Below are positions 13,991 through 26,941 of a DNA stretch of 64,000 nt, piece after piece. A program made the position numbers and the translations under genes. Every line of letters begins with the position of its first letter. The first letter of the stretch is position 1. Origin of the DNA: Octopus vulgaris (lineage: Eukaryota); assembly GCA_951406725.2 (NCBI GenBank), contig OX597833.1, positions 71,610,001-71,674,000 on the forward strand. Direction: 5' to 3'. A model generated the notes under the pieces. The model worked only from the letters and a program-made list of their open reading frames with translations, was not told the origin of the DNA and did no database searches.

Positions 13991-16448
13991 ATATATATAT
14001 GTATGTATGTATGTATATATAGCTGTGTAGTTAAGAAGTTTGCTCTCAAACACACACACACACACACACACACACTCTCTCTCTCTCTCTCTCTCTCTCA
14101 AACACACTCACAAAGAAAGTATTTGTCTCTGCAACTCTACACTTTGTAGATAAGACTGGTTTTGATATTTATTGTAACATCTTCCCAGGTTCAGCTGTTA
14201 AAAGTAAGTGTTGTGGTGGTGGTGTTGCGGTGGTGGGGTGGTGGTGGTGGTGGTGAGCTTCATTTCAGTAAAGTGCACTCACTCACTCTCTCACCTGGCT
14301 CTCTGTGAAGCTTAAGCATTTCAATGATATCAGGGTCACAGCTTGTTTGCTTCAGTTGACCTCTCTCAGGAAGAGATTAACTCTGCTGATAATAGTTGTT
14401 GTTTTATTGTTTAACCCCGAGACCAGTCTCGTTTGAGCAGAGCCATGATCAGTGGCATTCCAGACAAGTCCAGTCCATCTTGTAGCTGACACTACATTAG
14501 CCAGTGTGTCTGTCATTTTGTTTTCTTTTTAAGGCAATAGGGTATACAGTTTGAAGGACATTTAACTGCTATTCTTAGCAGTTTGAACAACCATATAGAC
14601 TCCCTCTTTGCTTAGTAGTAGTAGTAGTAGAAGTGGAGGTTTTCTACTTGCGTATCTGTCTCTATGTAGGTTATCAGAATCTCTTCCTGTTGATAAATTA
14701 GCTCTGTCTTCCTGCACTTCAATCAAATCTTAAAAAATATCTTCATCTGATTCACTCCCTTCAGCACGTGCGGTGAAACCTCACCTTTTTTTTTCCCCCA
14801 CTTTATTTCATGGCTGAGTCGGAATGTCTTGGGTAAGACTTTCAACTGCATCTCGTGGTGGGGCCTTTGTACAAGGGTTCCAGCATTTTGAGGAGTGCTG
14901 AACTGCCCATCAGCCCCTGTTGTTCCCAGGTCTACTCTGACCCAGAGCAGGAGTACTTGTGAGGGTCCCAATTATGGCTAAACTAGCTTGTGTGGAGCTT
15001 GTCAGCCTTGAAAATAGTCTGCCTAGAAGAAGGAAACTCTGATACAAAACCATTGCTACCATGCAGGATGGTGTGAACAAGGCAGATCTTGATTGCATCT
15101 GAGACATTCAGCAGAACATTACGACTGCCCTAACCAGATCCAGCATGTCACTGATTCCAGTGGTTCCACTGGTAACAGTCGGTGTCTAAGTGCGTGAGCC
15201 TTGTGATTGCAGCAGGTGGTCCTCCCTCCCTAAACAAAATCACGTGGAGGCCATTTGTGGCTTGCACTATGGGCGTCTCCACTTCCTTCCTTCCTTACGT
15301 CCAGTAGCAATGGTAAACTGGGTAACAGGGACAGGCTTAGTCAGTTGCAAACCCCTAGTCAGGAGTCACATGTTGGCAATTTTCTTTAATATGAAGAGGC
15401 TCATTCACTCTCTTCAGACTTAACACTCAGACATGAATTAATGCCACCACCAGCTTAGTCAGAGAAGCAGGGTCAAAACCTGTGGCCCCTTCTTGCCAAG
15501 CTCCAAAACTATTGAGAAGAGAATGAAGGCAGGAAGAACCCTTTATTAGATTTATATTCATCCATTCCATTTTATATCTTTTTCCATGTTGGCATGGGTT
15601 AGATGAATATATTATTGGGGCCTTATTTTACAGCTGGATGCTCTTTTGGTTGCTAACCCTTACCTGTGTTTCAAGTAAGGGATCTCTTATTCCACATTTA
15701 TTAAAGGTATAAAACCAACAGATGTTTTCTCAACAGAAGAAATGACAACATTGTCACTGCTTTGGATTCTGCAATGCTTTTGGAGAAGCACAACGGTAAA
15801 CAAACATCACACACACCCCCCCACACACACTGGGCTTCTTTAATTTTCTCTCTACCAAATCCATCCATAAGACTTTGATCTCCCTAGGGTTGTAGTGGAA
15901 GGCATTTACCCCAAGTACCAAATAGTGAAGTTGAACCTGTGGCCACATGGTTGGAAAGTGAACTTCTTCACTGCACAGGCCTGGATGGATGGGTGTATGT
16001 ATGGATAGGTGGGGGGGGGGGTGCCTGTATGGATGGATGGATGTTTTCATGCACACACAGACCAAAGCCTGGGTGCAAATGCTTGAAATATTTGGATTCT
16101 GTTAAAGGCACCCAGGTACCAGTTGGTGGAATAAAACTGTGTGGTGGCCATGTTTGTTAAGTTGACCAGCCAACAGCAGGGACAGTCATAGTCCATCTGC
16201 TAGGCTTCTGCACAGTTTCCTTGGATCACCACCAAGGTTATGTAGAAGTCAAACAGTTGGTATTGAACCCCAAACCATCTGACAGTGAAGCAGACGTCTT
16301 CGCTCCCAGGACCGCCGTGTCTCTACCTGTTTTGCTCAGCCAATTAAAGTGTGACAAACGACAGTTGCAACATCTCCAGAGTTGTTAAGCAACGACGCTT
16401 TCAACCGATTCTTCCTCCTTTCCTCTTATTTCTTCTTATCTTTCGCAG

Positions 16449-16506
16449 ATTAAGAAACTCTCAGTGTTAGGATGAGGTTGGAGACTGCTCTCGTTCTGTA
16501 GAACAG
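16449..16506 (+). other. Candidate non-coding (5' UTR) exon of gene A
   Basis: Long polypyrimidine tract ending TTTCGCAG (16448) and donor CAG|GTGAAT (16507). Gene A's ATG exon itself begins at an acceptor, so an upstream exon must exist. Confidence 0.35.
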
Positions 16507-18124
16507 GTGAATGGTAAAGACTGGGGATGGTGGTGGTGGTGACGGAGGTGGTGGTGGTGGTGGTGGTGGTGGTGGTGGTGGTGGTGGTATTGTTCAGTGG
16601 TAAACAGGTAAACACAAGTGGAGATTTGAGATGAAAGCAGCAAGCTGCATGAAATATGTTTTATAGAAATCTGAAGAATGTTTTGCTAATTAGAGGATTT
16701 ATTAAGTGCTGTGCTTCTAAGAGGATTCTAGATTTGCCATCATCACCGTTGTCATCATCATCATTACAGTTTTTCTTGTTGCATTTACCATCTATATTTC
16801 TCTCTCTCTCTCTCTCTCTCTTATTACCATGGTATGTTATCCAATTCAATACCTGACTGACACAGGTAAACTAAAAAGATATCGTTAAGATATTTAAAAG
16901 GCATGCTATTATAAGAAGCATTCAAATTGCCTTAGAAAGCTGAATGGGATTCTAAACGTGTGCAAGACATTTCTAAGAATCTTCTGTTCAGCAGCAAAGC
17001 TTCTCTTCAAATAACTGTAGACATCACCATTTTTCTAATTCTGTAATTTTACTTGGAAATCTTTCAAATCCTGTCTAAATGAGATGAATTGTAGGTAATA
17101 TGATTGTCATCTCTATAAATATGGTTAATGATTTGAAAAATTACACTTTTTCTAATATTTACAAGCAGCCCACACCAGCACATCCATCTGTTGCCAGTGT
17201 GGGTGATGACCACAGTCCATCACTTTGATTTTCACCATCAGGTTGTTTTTTTTTAATTACTGGATGTGTACATATATAATTACAGGTATAGATGTGTGCA
17301 TATATTCATCAGTGGCTTTGAGAATAAGAATGGTATTCCCTCTAGTTTAGAAATAAAGGTTTCAAGTTCAAATTCAGTCTGACACAATGTACACGTCCAG
17401 GAATAAGTCACCTGTTAATGATCAGAGATCAAATCAAATGTAAGTGAGGATAGGTGAAACTATTCAAAGATTTTCCATCTTTGACCCTTTAGGTACCAAT
17501 CTACCAATAATAAAATTTTTTTACCAAATTCTTCATTTTTTTCAGAATTATTTGAAAGCAAAAACAGTGTATTTCAACATAAATGTGGTACCAAAGGGGT
17601 TAAAGATGAGGTTTGGAATAGTTTAATCAAATGCAAATTTTATCTCTTTTTATTTTTCCAACAAAATACAAATCTTAGGACCCCTCCCCCCACCAAACAA
17701 AAAAAAGCAAGAAAATAAAACAAAAAAACTGAATTTTTTTTTTTAATCAAAACCCAATATATTTTCTAGGAAAACCAAACTTTAAACCCTCAAACCACCA
17801 TCTTCATTTAACATCCCCTTTTCCATGCCTGCATGAGTTGGACGGAATTTGTTGAGGCAAATTTTCTTTGGTAGTATGCTCTTCCTGTCACCAACTCTCA
17901 TCTGTTTCTAGGCAACAGAACATATTCCCCATGGCCAGACACATTTCCATGGAAGACGACGGATGACTCATCACACAGGATGTCAAGACAACCGTGTCCC
18001 CCCCACACGAGTGTCCTCTATAATTGATGTCTCCTTAATAAGCAAACACTTTCCCATTTCTTGCTTCTGTTGTCACATTCTAAATATAGTTTCACCCCTT
18101 CCCACATTCATATATACATCTTTC

Positions 18125-18362
18125 TATCTTCCACTTGTTTCAGTCATTAGACTATGGCCATGCTGGAGCACCACCTTCAAGAATTTTAGTAAAACAAATC
18201 AACCTCAGCACTTATTTCTTTTTAAGCCTTGTATTTATTCTATTAGTCTCTTTTGCTGAACTGCTAAGTTACAGGGATGCAAACAAACCAACACTGGTTG
18301 TCAAGCGGTGACAAGACATACACACACACCACACACACACACACACACACCACACACACACA

Positions 18363-18393
<31 letters not shown>

Positions 18394-18555
18394 CACACCA
18401 CACACACACTTCTGCCTACCAAGTCCACTCAAAAAGCTTTGGTCAGCCTGAGGCTACAGTAGGAAATAGCTGGCCAAGTTACCATGCAGTGGGACTGAAC
18501 CTACAACCATGTGGTTTGGTAGTGGGTTTCTTACCATGCCCAGCCCTACCTGCAC
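18125..18555 (-). mobile_element. SINE family 1, diverged copy
   Basis: ACTTGTTTCAGTCATT..GGCCATGCTGGAGCACC..GCAGTGGGACTGAACC segments. Confidence 0.75.
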
Positions 18556-18976
18556 TGTTCTGACTGAGACCTTTGCCCAATCTCTCCTCCCTCTAACATT
18601 CTCTTCCCATCGTTAATACTCTGCTACTAAAACCTTTTAATTATTCAGCCAAAAACAAAACAAATCCTTCCCCATTGCTTCATGTAGGAATGCTTAAGAA
18701 CAGGGCATGTCCTGTTCTCCCTTTTTATCTGGCTGAAAATTTAAACAAAGATTTAAATCCGTTTGGGAAGAGCAGATTACTATTGACTTTATCTCCCGTT
18801 CCACAGTTAATCCAGTTCATTTGCATTAATTAAAAATAAGCCAGCAAAGTTGATAGGTGGACATCAGGATTAAATGTCCAGCATATATAATAACACTTTT
18901 GCTAGATGAAGAGCTACAAGGATGGGTCGATGTGTGTGTATGTATATATGTATGTATGTGTGTGTATATATATGTA

Positions 18977-19014
<38 letters not shown>

Positions 19015-19638
19015 CATGAGAGATTTATTATTGGAAGAAAGCATGAGAGGATTAAGAAAATACTTTAATTCTGATTTTCATTTTTTTCCTCTCATTATAA
19101 ATTATTCTTGGATTTTCGATTTTTTTTTTGCTATAAATCTTTTTGAATTAACTTCTTTTTGTTTAAACATTGATTTCTTTTAAGCTCTGACAATTTTTTT
19201 TTTTTTGTTTATATCATTTATCAGAGGGATGTAGTTAAATTTAAACCGTGTGTTCACTCAAAATCTTCAGCTTAAGCAAGACACACAACCTTCCCAGCTT
19301 CGTCTCTCATATTTTCTGGCAGCTCCTTCCTCTTCATTCCTTCTTATCACTCAACCAACCCCCTCTTTCTAATTTTGCTCTATCCCTCTCTTACAGGGAG
19401 GAGGAGGAGATATCCATGCATGTCTAAACTCCCTAAATGTTTAGTGTCATGGCATCATGTCACATGTCTGACCCATCCAATTTTCTCCTTCTTTAAAGAA
19501 ATTTTCTGAAGAGTTCCTCCTCGTTAGCAGTTTTTTCAGCAATTTCTTTTAATTAAAATATCAGTACTTTAGCACAGGTGATATTAATAAAATTTTAAGT
19601 TTGTGGTTTGAACCGTATTTTTGACAAAAGGTTCTTAA

Positions 19639-19857
19639 CCCTTTTGATACCAACCCGGCTGAAACCGCCTCTGGCTTTGTAATACAAAAGTCTTGTTTTC
19701 ATAAGTTTTGAATTAAAGTCTTCCACCAAATCTTAGTCACAATTTGTTCCTAACACTAGCTGAATGATAACTAAGTTATTTTACTAAATTTTTTGTTATA
19801 TTTAAAGTAATTAAAAGAAACACAAAGCATCTCAAAATAAATACGGTAACGAAAGGG
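19639..19857. mobile_element. piggyBac-type MITE (TTAA TSD, CCC..GGG ends)
   Basis: TTAA|CCCTTTTGATACC ... GGTAACGAAAGGG|TTAA, with TTAA at 19635-19638 and 19858-19861. Related copies at about 745-950, 21066-21290, 33095-33295 and 43633-44571. Confidence 0.85.
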
Positions 19858-21065
19858 TTAATTAAAATTATGAGAGGAAACTTTAATGTAAATACGAACA
19901 CTTTAAAATAAGTTTCATATCCTACGAACCAGAGGTAGTCTCAGATGGATACCAAAAACCTTGGCATGTTTCCATATTAAGGGCAATGACCAGTTGGCAG
20001 ATGATGGTTTGGCTGCCACCCTGGGACTAGAAAGAAGTTTCTCTGTTTTTGTTTTATGGCTGAGTCAGAAGAGGAAGAACTGCATTCTGCAGAGTTTCTA
20101 AGATTGGTAGAAGAAAAGGAGGGAATAACCTTGAAACATGATTATCTTCAGATAAGACTTGATCTGACGCTTGCAATAATGTGGATCCTCTGCTAAAGAA
20201 ACAGCCAAGCCCTGGATGGTTCTGCTAAACTGACCGATGAATTAAGTCCGCCACATTGCAGTAGGTACAGTCTGTTTAACAGGTATCCACCCAGTCTCAC
20301 CCCCCACCCCCACCTCATATGGCTTGGTTCTGTAGGGAGAGGATCAATTGCTGGTAGGGACCCTGGATCTCATTATGCAATCCTATGATACTACTGCAAA
20401 GTATGTTAAAGCTTTATAAATGAAAACTTTGTCCTACCTGTGTTAGCAGTGCTATTAAAGCACTTAAAGGTATTTGGTAAGAAATACTTGCCCAAGGTGC
20501 TATGCAGTGGGATTGAACCCAGAATCACAAGAGTGCTAAGCATGCTTTTGTCCCACCCAATCATGCCTGCACATATTATTATTACCATTATTGTCACTGT
20601 TAAGGCAGCAAACTGGCAGAATTGTTGGTGTTCCTGACAGATTTCTTAACAGCATTTTGTCTGTCTTCAGACTCAGATTCTGCCAAGGTGGACTTTGATT
20701 TTCATCCTTTTGGGGTCAATGAAATAAAACCAGTCAAGTCAATCTAAACAATTAGTTCCCTCTGCTTAAAAAATTTCAGGCCTTTTGCTGCTAAGAGAAA
20801 GGATTATAAAAGGGTTGGTGCATTAGCAGAACCCTTACACGTCAGAAAAATGCCTTGTAAAATTTCTCTTAGGGTTCAATTCCTGCATTGGTTGATCTTG
20901 CCTTTCATCCTTTTGGGGTTGATATAATAAAATACCAGTTATAGTACTGGAGCCACTGTAACTGACTATACCCCTCTCCTAAAACTGCTGGCCTTTTGCC
21001 AAAAGTTGGAACAATTTTATACAAGTCTACTAGAGACAACCCTGACTTCTGTAATGTTTCCTCTT

Positions 21066-21290
21066 TTAACCATTTTGTTAGAATATTTCATTTGAAATCC
21101 TTTACCTTTTGTTTCAAAGAATTTTGTAAAGTAACTTGGTCATTATTAATGCGGTGTTAGGAGCATAAATTAACATAAATTAACATTGAATTTTGATGGA
21201 AAGTTTTAATTTAGATCACAAAAAAATAAAAAGCTTATATCATTAGGCCCAGGAGCAATCTCAGGCTGGTTTTTGTGTCAAAAGGGTTAA
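21066..21290. mobile_element. piggyBac-type MITE, diverged copy
   Basis: TTAACCATTTTGTTA ... TCAAAAGGGTTAA; internal sequence is the reverse complement of the 19639 copy. Confidence 0.7.
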
Positions 21291-21894
21291 AGTGATCTGA
21301 ATTTCATTTCAAAATTGAGTTAGTATTATGCTTAGTAATTCTAATTCTTTACACTAAGTCAGTAATTTTGAGGGGAGGGGAAAGTGGAGTACATCAGTCC
21401 CAGTGTTCAACTGGGACTAACTTGGACTCTAAAAAAGAAAAAGATGAAAGGCAAATTCGACCGCAATGTGATTTGAACTCTGAACGTAAAGCAGGAAGAA
21501 ATTCCACAGCATTTTGTCTGAGATGTTAACGATTCTGCCTAATTATCTTAAGATGACAATTATTTTACTAAATTCTTTGTTATTTTCAAAATTAGTCAAA
21601 AGAATGGCAGAGTATTTCAACCATAAATATGGTAACAAAAGGGTTTAAAGAAAGAAGCCTGCATTCAAACAGGGTTGTCATGACTGGAAGGCTTTTGGTT
21701 GAAGGTCTGCTTGGCTGGGTTGAACCTAGGGTTAAACAACAGCAGTGATGACAGGCATTTTGAATCCACTGCCCAAATGTTGCACTGGGAATTCCTCAAG
21801 TAGTTTTGAACTCAAAACCCTTTCAGCTTGATACCCAGGTCCAATTAATGTCTTCTACCCTGGGGCATTTATTTTCCGACTCTATGTATATCGG

Positions 21895-21925
<31 letters not shown>

Positions 21926-23568
21926 GGACATCCCTATCATTGTTCAATAAGACATCCCCCCCTCTCCACCGTCCCCAATAATTATGATATAAAAACAAGA
22001 TTTATTATTTCTTCTTCCCCCTCCTCATCCATGCCACTCACCACCAAATATCTGCCTAATTTAATACTATTTTTAGCAATTTTTCTTTTATTTTACTCTG
22101 CCCTCCCCCCTCTCTCTCTCTCTCTCTCTTTCGTAACTGATATATATGTATATGTATGTGTGTGTGTGTAATAAACCCCCTACTCTCTCTCCACCCACCC
22201 CCACATTCCTCGCTGTCTTTCTCCATCCCATATATTACATCTCTGCTTACTTTCTCTCCTCATTATCTTGCAGAATCCCAAACCCTACCCCACCCCCCTC
22301 CCCTTTCACCCCCTTGTCCTCTTCTTCTTCTTCTTCTTCTTCTTCTTCTTCTTCTTCTTCGTCTCAGCTGACCCACTTATATTCACACACACAACTTACC
22401 CCCCCCCCCCCCCCTCCCAGCTTTCCACCATCCTACATCATTTAATAGATTTTGTTTACATTTGCAGTCAGCCTCTGTGGAGGGAAGGGGTTTCGGGGGG
22501 GGATGCATTTGGCGGGGAGGGTGCAGTTGGGTAGACTACCCCCACACCCCCTCCCCGCTGACAACATCGCTCCTCATCCCTCCCCACCCTAGGTAATGAC
22601 TGTCCTTCCTTTAGGGGAGGAGAAGGAGGGGTCAGTGTAATTTGTGTAAGTGTGTGCATGTTTCATGTGTGTGTGAAATTGTGTGTATGATACTGTGATA
22701 CTCTGTGTGTGTTTGCCAAATTGTAATTGGGTTTAGGTTGTGCCTGCTCACAGTGTGTGTGTGTGTGTGTGTGTGTATGCTTTGTGTCATTTCACATTTT
22801 GTATATTGTTGTGTGTTTGTTTGTGCTTATGTCTGCATGTGTATCTGTCAAAACAGTCTCCACCAACTCCATGTGGGACCTTTTGCGACAGACTTTCTTC
22901 CACATAATGGATGTCTCTACTTATATACGCACACGTGTATGTATGTTGGTGGTGGTGCATACGTTGTCTACTTCCAGGCCAACCCTGATCAAGGAAACCT
23001 ATGATAAGACACTCCAACTGTGACCTTCCTGTCTTTTATTCAGACACAGTATATCTAGGGCTACATAATCCAATGTTCCCCTTTTTTTTGAAACTACTGT
23101 GGAATGGTAATTCAAGGAAGACTTGGCTGCTATTTTTGGCAGGTCGAGTATCTGCATTGAATCCCCACCCCATCACATCCTTCCTCCTTGGCTCTCGTGT
23201 ATATGTATGTTACTATGGTGCTAGATGTGTCTGTGTGTGTGTATGAGAATGTATGTGGGTGTAAGTCTGTTATGGTTATTAGTGCATCCATATGTGATGT
23301 TTATGTCTGTGTGTTGGGGTGTGAGTTTTAAAGGCCGCTGTCTTTACTGAGTGTCTGGGGTCAATAGGTAACCAAATGTTAGCCCCAAGAATCTCCCTCT
23401 TCTCCACCGAATCCTTCTAATAATCTTCTGCCACCGATTTTTCAGCTGAATGTCAGCCTTTTTTCTGTTTCATCTCACTCAGCTTCTTCAGATGCTTCTT
23501 CACTTCTTTGTTTACATTGCTCTTGTTTCACAATTTCAAAATGTTACACACAAATACCAGGTTTCTAA

Positions 23569-23618
<50 letters not shown>

Positions 23619-23769
23619 GTGTGTACATCCACCCCCAAACTGACACTGGTGCTTCAAGCAGCCCCATGGTTTGCCATAATCCTATCAAACCATCCAACCC
23701 ATGCCAGCATAGAAAGCAGACGCTAAATGAACTCATGAGATATAGTGCCCTCTCTCTTTTTCTCTCTTT

Positions 23770-24250
23770 CTCTCACGCTCTCTCTCATGCCCCTTCTCTC
23801 GCCCTCCCCCTCTCTCTCTCTCTCTCATGCCCCTTCTCTTGCTCTCTCTCTCTCTCTCATGCCCCTTCTCTTGCCCTCTCTCTCTCTCTCTCTCTCATGC
23901 CCCTTCTCTTGCCCTCTCTCTCTCTCTCTCTCTCATGCCCCTTCTCTCGCCCTCCCCCTCTCTCTCTCTCTCTCTCATGCCCCTTCTCTTGCCCTCTCTC
24001 TCTCTCTCTCTCATGCCCCTTCTCTCGCCCTTCCCCTCTCTCTCTCTCTCTCATGCCCCTTCTCTTGCTCTCTCTCTCTCTCTCATGCCCCTTCTCTTGC
24101 CCTCTCTCTCTCTCTCTCATGCCCCTTCTCTCGCCCTCCCCCTCTCTCTCTCTCTCTCATGCCCCTTCTCTTGCTCTCTCTCTCTCTCTCATGCCCCTTC
24201 TCTTGCCCTCTCTCTCTCTCTCTCTCTCTCATGCCCCTTCTCTCGCCCTG
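23770..24250. repeat. Minisatellite TCATGCCCCTTCTC(T/C)(T/C)GC-(CT)n, about 14 units
   Basis: Repeated CATGCCCCTTCTC anchor separated by variable (CT)n; explains the long Ser/Leu ORFs. Confidence 0.95.
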
Positions 24251-25931
24251 TCTCTCTCTCTTTCGCCTTCTCTCTCTCTTTCACCTTCTCTCTCTCTTCA
24301 CACACACACATACATAGATGGATGTGCGTGAGGTACTTTTAGCAACTTGGAGTCAGGATGGAACCACCCAGCTCCATTTGTCATTTAACAATTCTTCCGT
24401 GTTTCCCCCCCCCCCATCCCCCCAGATGCTGAGGACCGAGAGCTGAAGGTTACTTATTAAAAATGTAAACGAGTGATGTGCTTAGGCACATCACTCGTTC
24501 GACCATTGGGACACGGCTGATGATGGACAGCCAATGAGTTTTTTCTAGAGTCTCACAAATATACCAGAAATTATGAATAAACAAATGACTATACGGCGCC
24601 ATGGCCTCATTTATTTAGGATTGGTGTGAAATTAGGCCCTTGGGGACCCTTATGGTGTTGCGATTATCGTTTAGCCCAAGGTCAGTTGTGACTGGACAGG
24701 TATTTCAGTCATGATTACACCTTCCTTCTCTTGAGGTTTGAGTATTTATGACTGAATCCAGCATTACTTGTTTAGACCCCAGGGTAACCCTTGATGAGGT
24801 CCAGGATCAGAAGCATTCTGGCCATGATGGTTTCATTTTTTTTTTTATATTCGGTGTTTTCTTTTTCTGTCTTTTTTTTTTTGTTAAAAAATAGTAAGGA
24901 GACTCATAGATTGCTGTGTGGTTAAGTTTACTTCCGAACCACATGGTTTTAGGTTCCGTTTCATTGTATGGCACCTTGGGCAAGTGTGTTCTATTATAAC
25001 CTTGAACTGACAAGAGCAACACTAAGGATGGAACTTAGGACCATGTTCTCTAAAATCCAACACATGAACCTCACTGCCACTATTTTTGTCTTGTTAATTT
25101 CATAAATGGAATTATGCCTAATGTTACTCAATGTAATTATCATGATTAACCTAGTTTTTAATCAACGCCAGACAAATAATTGTAAATCACAACAGCTATT
25201 GTTTGGGGGAGTTAATTTTATACAAAGATTTCTTGGGAAAAATTGTTTCCCCCCCCCACACACACACACACGGACACACAGACACTTAGTAGGTTGGAAT
25301 TACAAAAGGTTTTCATGTTGTGTGTATCTCTCTCCTCTCTCTTCATGTCTCTTACTCTCCCTTTCTCTCTTCTACCCATTCTGTCTCTTTGTGTGTCGGA
25401 AAATGGGCGTTAAATGATATATATATATATATATGTATATATGTGTGTGTGTGTGTGTGAATCAGCCTGTTTTTCTTTGGCCTTGGACTATTGCTGGCTA
25501 TTTGTGTGTGTGTGTGTCTGCAAGTTTATTCCATACTAGCCCAGGATGGCTGGGGACTTGCTATATTTTTTGTACAGCCAGAGACTCTTCCTAATGACAA
25601 TTACTTCAGTGTACTGACTGCTTTTTCTTTGTTTGTGGATTAACAAAGCTACCAATGGTTTCCTGTAAAGAGACTCTTTACCAATTGTCCAAGCATACTA
25701 CATGGGACTGTTGGTATTTGTCTCTATTTTGGAGACAGTTGCTTGAACAACTGTAAAGAATCTCTTTACATGAAACCATTGGTAGCCTTATAAGATGAAT
25801 GTTTGCTGTTGGTAAACCATAATATTTACAATCTTATTTAAGTTAATAAGTTGTTGTATGAAGACTGCAGCTGTTGTTTTGTTTGTTTTTCCTTTTGTTG
25901 TCAATTTTATTCTTGTATTTTTCCAGGCAAG

Positions 25932-26037
25932 ATGAGGCAAAACTACATTCGTCTTTTTGCCATTGTGTTTGCGACATTGATGTTCATTCTCTCAGTAATC
26001 ATCGCAACATTAGCTGGGAATCCAAAGATTCACTGTG
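25932..26037 (+). CDS. Gene A coding exon 1: N-terminal TM helix of a multi-pass membrane protein (si:ch211-161h7.5 / TspO-MBR-like family)
   Basis: Pyrimidine tract and CCAG acceptor (25926), ATG at 25932, MRQNYIRLFAIVFATLMFILSVIIATLAGNPKIHC-G, consensus donor G|GTAAGT at 26038. Phase 1 matches the next exon. Confidence 0.85.
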
Positions 26038-26536
26038 GTAAGTAAAACCATTTTGATTCCTTAAACCTCTCCAAAGAAATGGGTTCTTCTAAAACTCTTT
26101 CCCAACCACTCAGCTCAGGATGGATGAGGCAGTTTTTGATTCTTTTTTTAAGTTCTTGAGAATTTTTCTTTTTCCAAAATCATATAAAGTCCCCCCCCCC
26201 CCACCCATCTCTTTATTTCACCTAAGCATTAACTTGAACCAAAGAGAGGAGGCCAGTCTGAGGCTGACTGATCTGGTAGTATTAGCAGTTGAATCTTGTA
26301 ATTTATCTGAAACTAAAAACCTTGAGGGAAACTGTAAAGCAGCCTGTTGAGTGTGTGTGTTTGTGTGTGTGTGTGTGCTTCTTTGAGAATTGCATGCTGA
26401 CTCTAAATAGTCAGCATTCATATAAAAATTGTTGTGTAGAATCTTTGAAAACCTATGGCCATTGAGCCAGGCTCAAAGAACTAGGGAAGATATTGGCTTG
26501 CTTGGAAACAGGTGAGGACTGGCCACAGAAAGAGCA

Positions 26537-26941
26537 TTTACTCTTTACTCTTTTACTTGTTTCAGTCATTTGACTGTGGCCATGCTGGAGCACCGCATTT
26601 AATCGAGCAATTCGACCCCGGGATTTATTCTTTTGTAAGCCCAGTACTTATTCTATCGGTCTCTTTTGCCGAACCGCTAAGTAACGGGGACATAAACACA
26701 CCAGCATCAGTTGTCAAGCAATGCTAGGGGGACAAACATAGATACACAAACACACACACGCATATATATATATATATACGACGGGCTTCCTTCAGTTTCC
26801 GTCTACCAAATCCACTCGCAAGGCATTGGTCGGCTCGAGGCTATAGTAGAAGACACTTGCCCAAGGTGCCACACAGTCGGACTGAACCCGGAACCATGTG
26901 GTTGGTAAACAAGCTACTTACCACACAGCCACTCCTGCGCC
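26537..26941 (-). mobile_element. SINE family 1 (intron 1 of gene A)
   Basis: Full-length, high-identity copy. Confidence 0.9.

Noticed and set aside
14880-15510. GC-richer stretch that may be a LINE 5' UTR or an exon
   Set aside because: No recognisable protein motif or termini; cannot be supported without a database search.
23450-24342. 293-aa Ser/Leu-rich ORF
   Set aside because: CT minisatellite is open in several frames because it lacks stop codons.
24517-24545. CTGATGA box as a possible hammerhead
   Set aside because: No stem II followed by GAAA, and no stem III/NUH.
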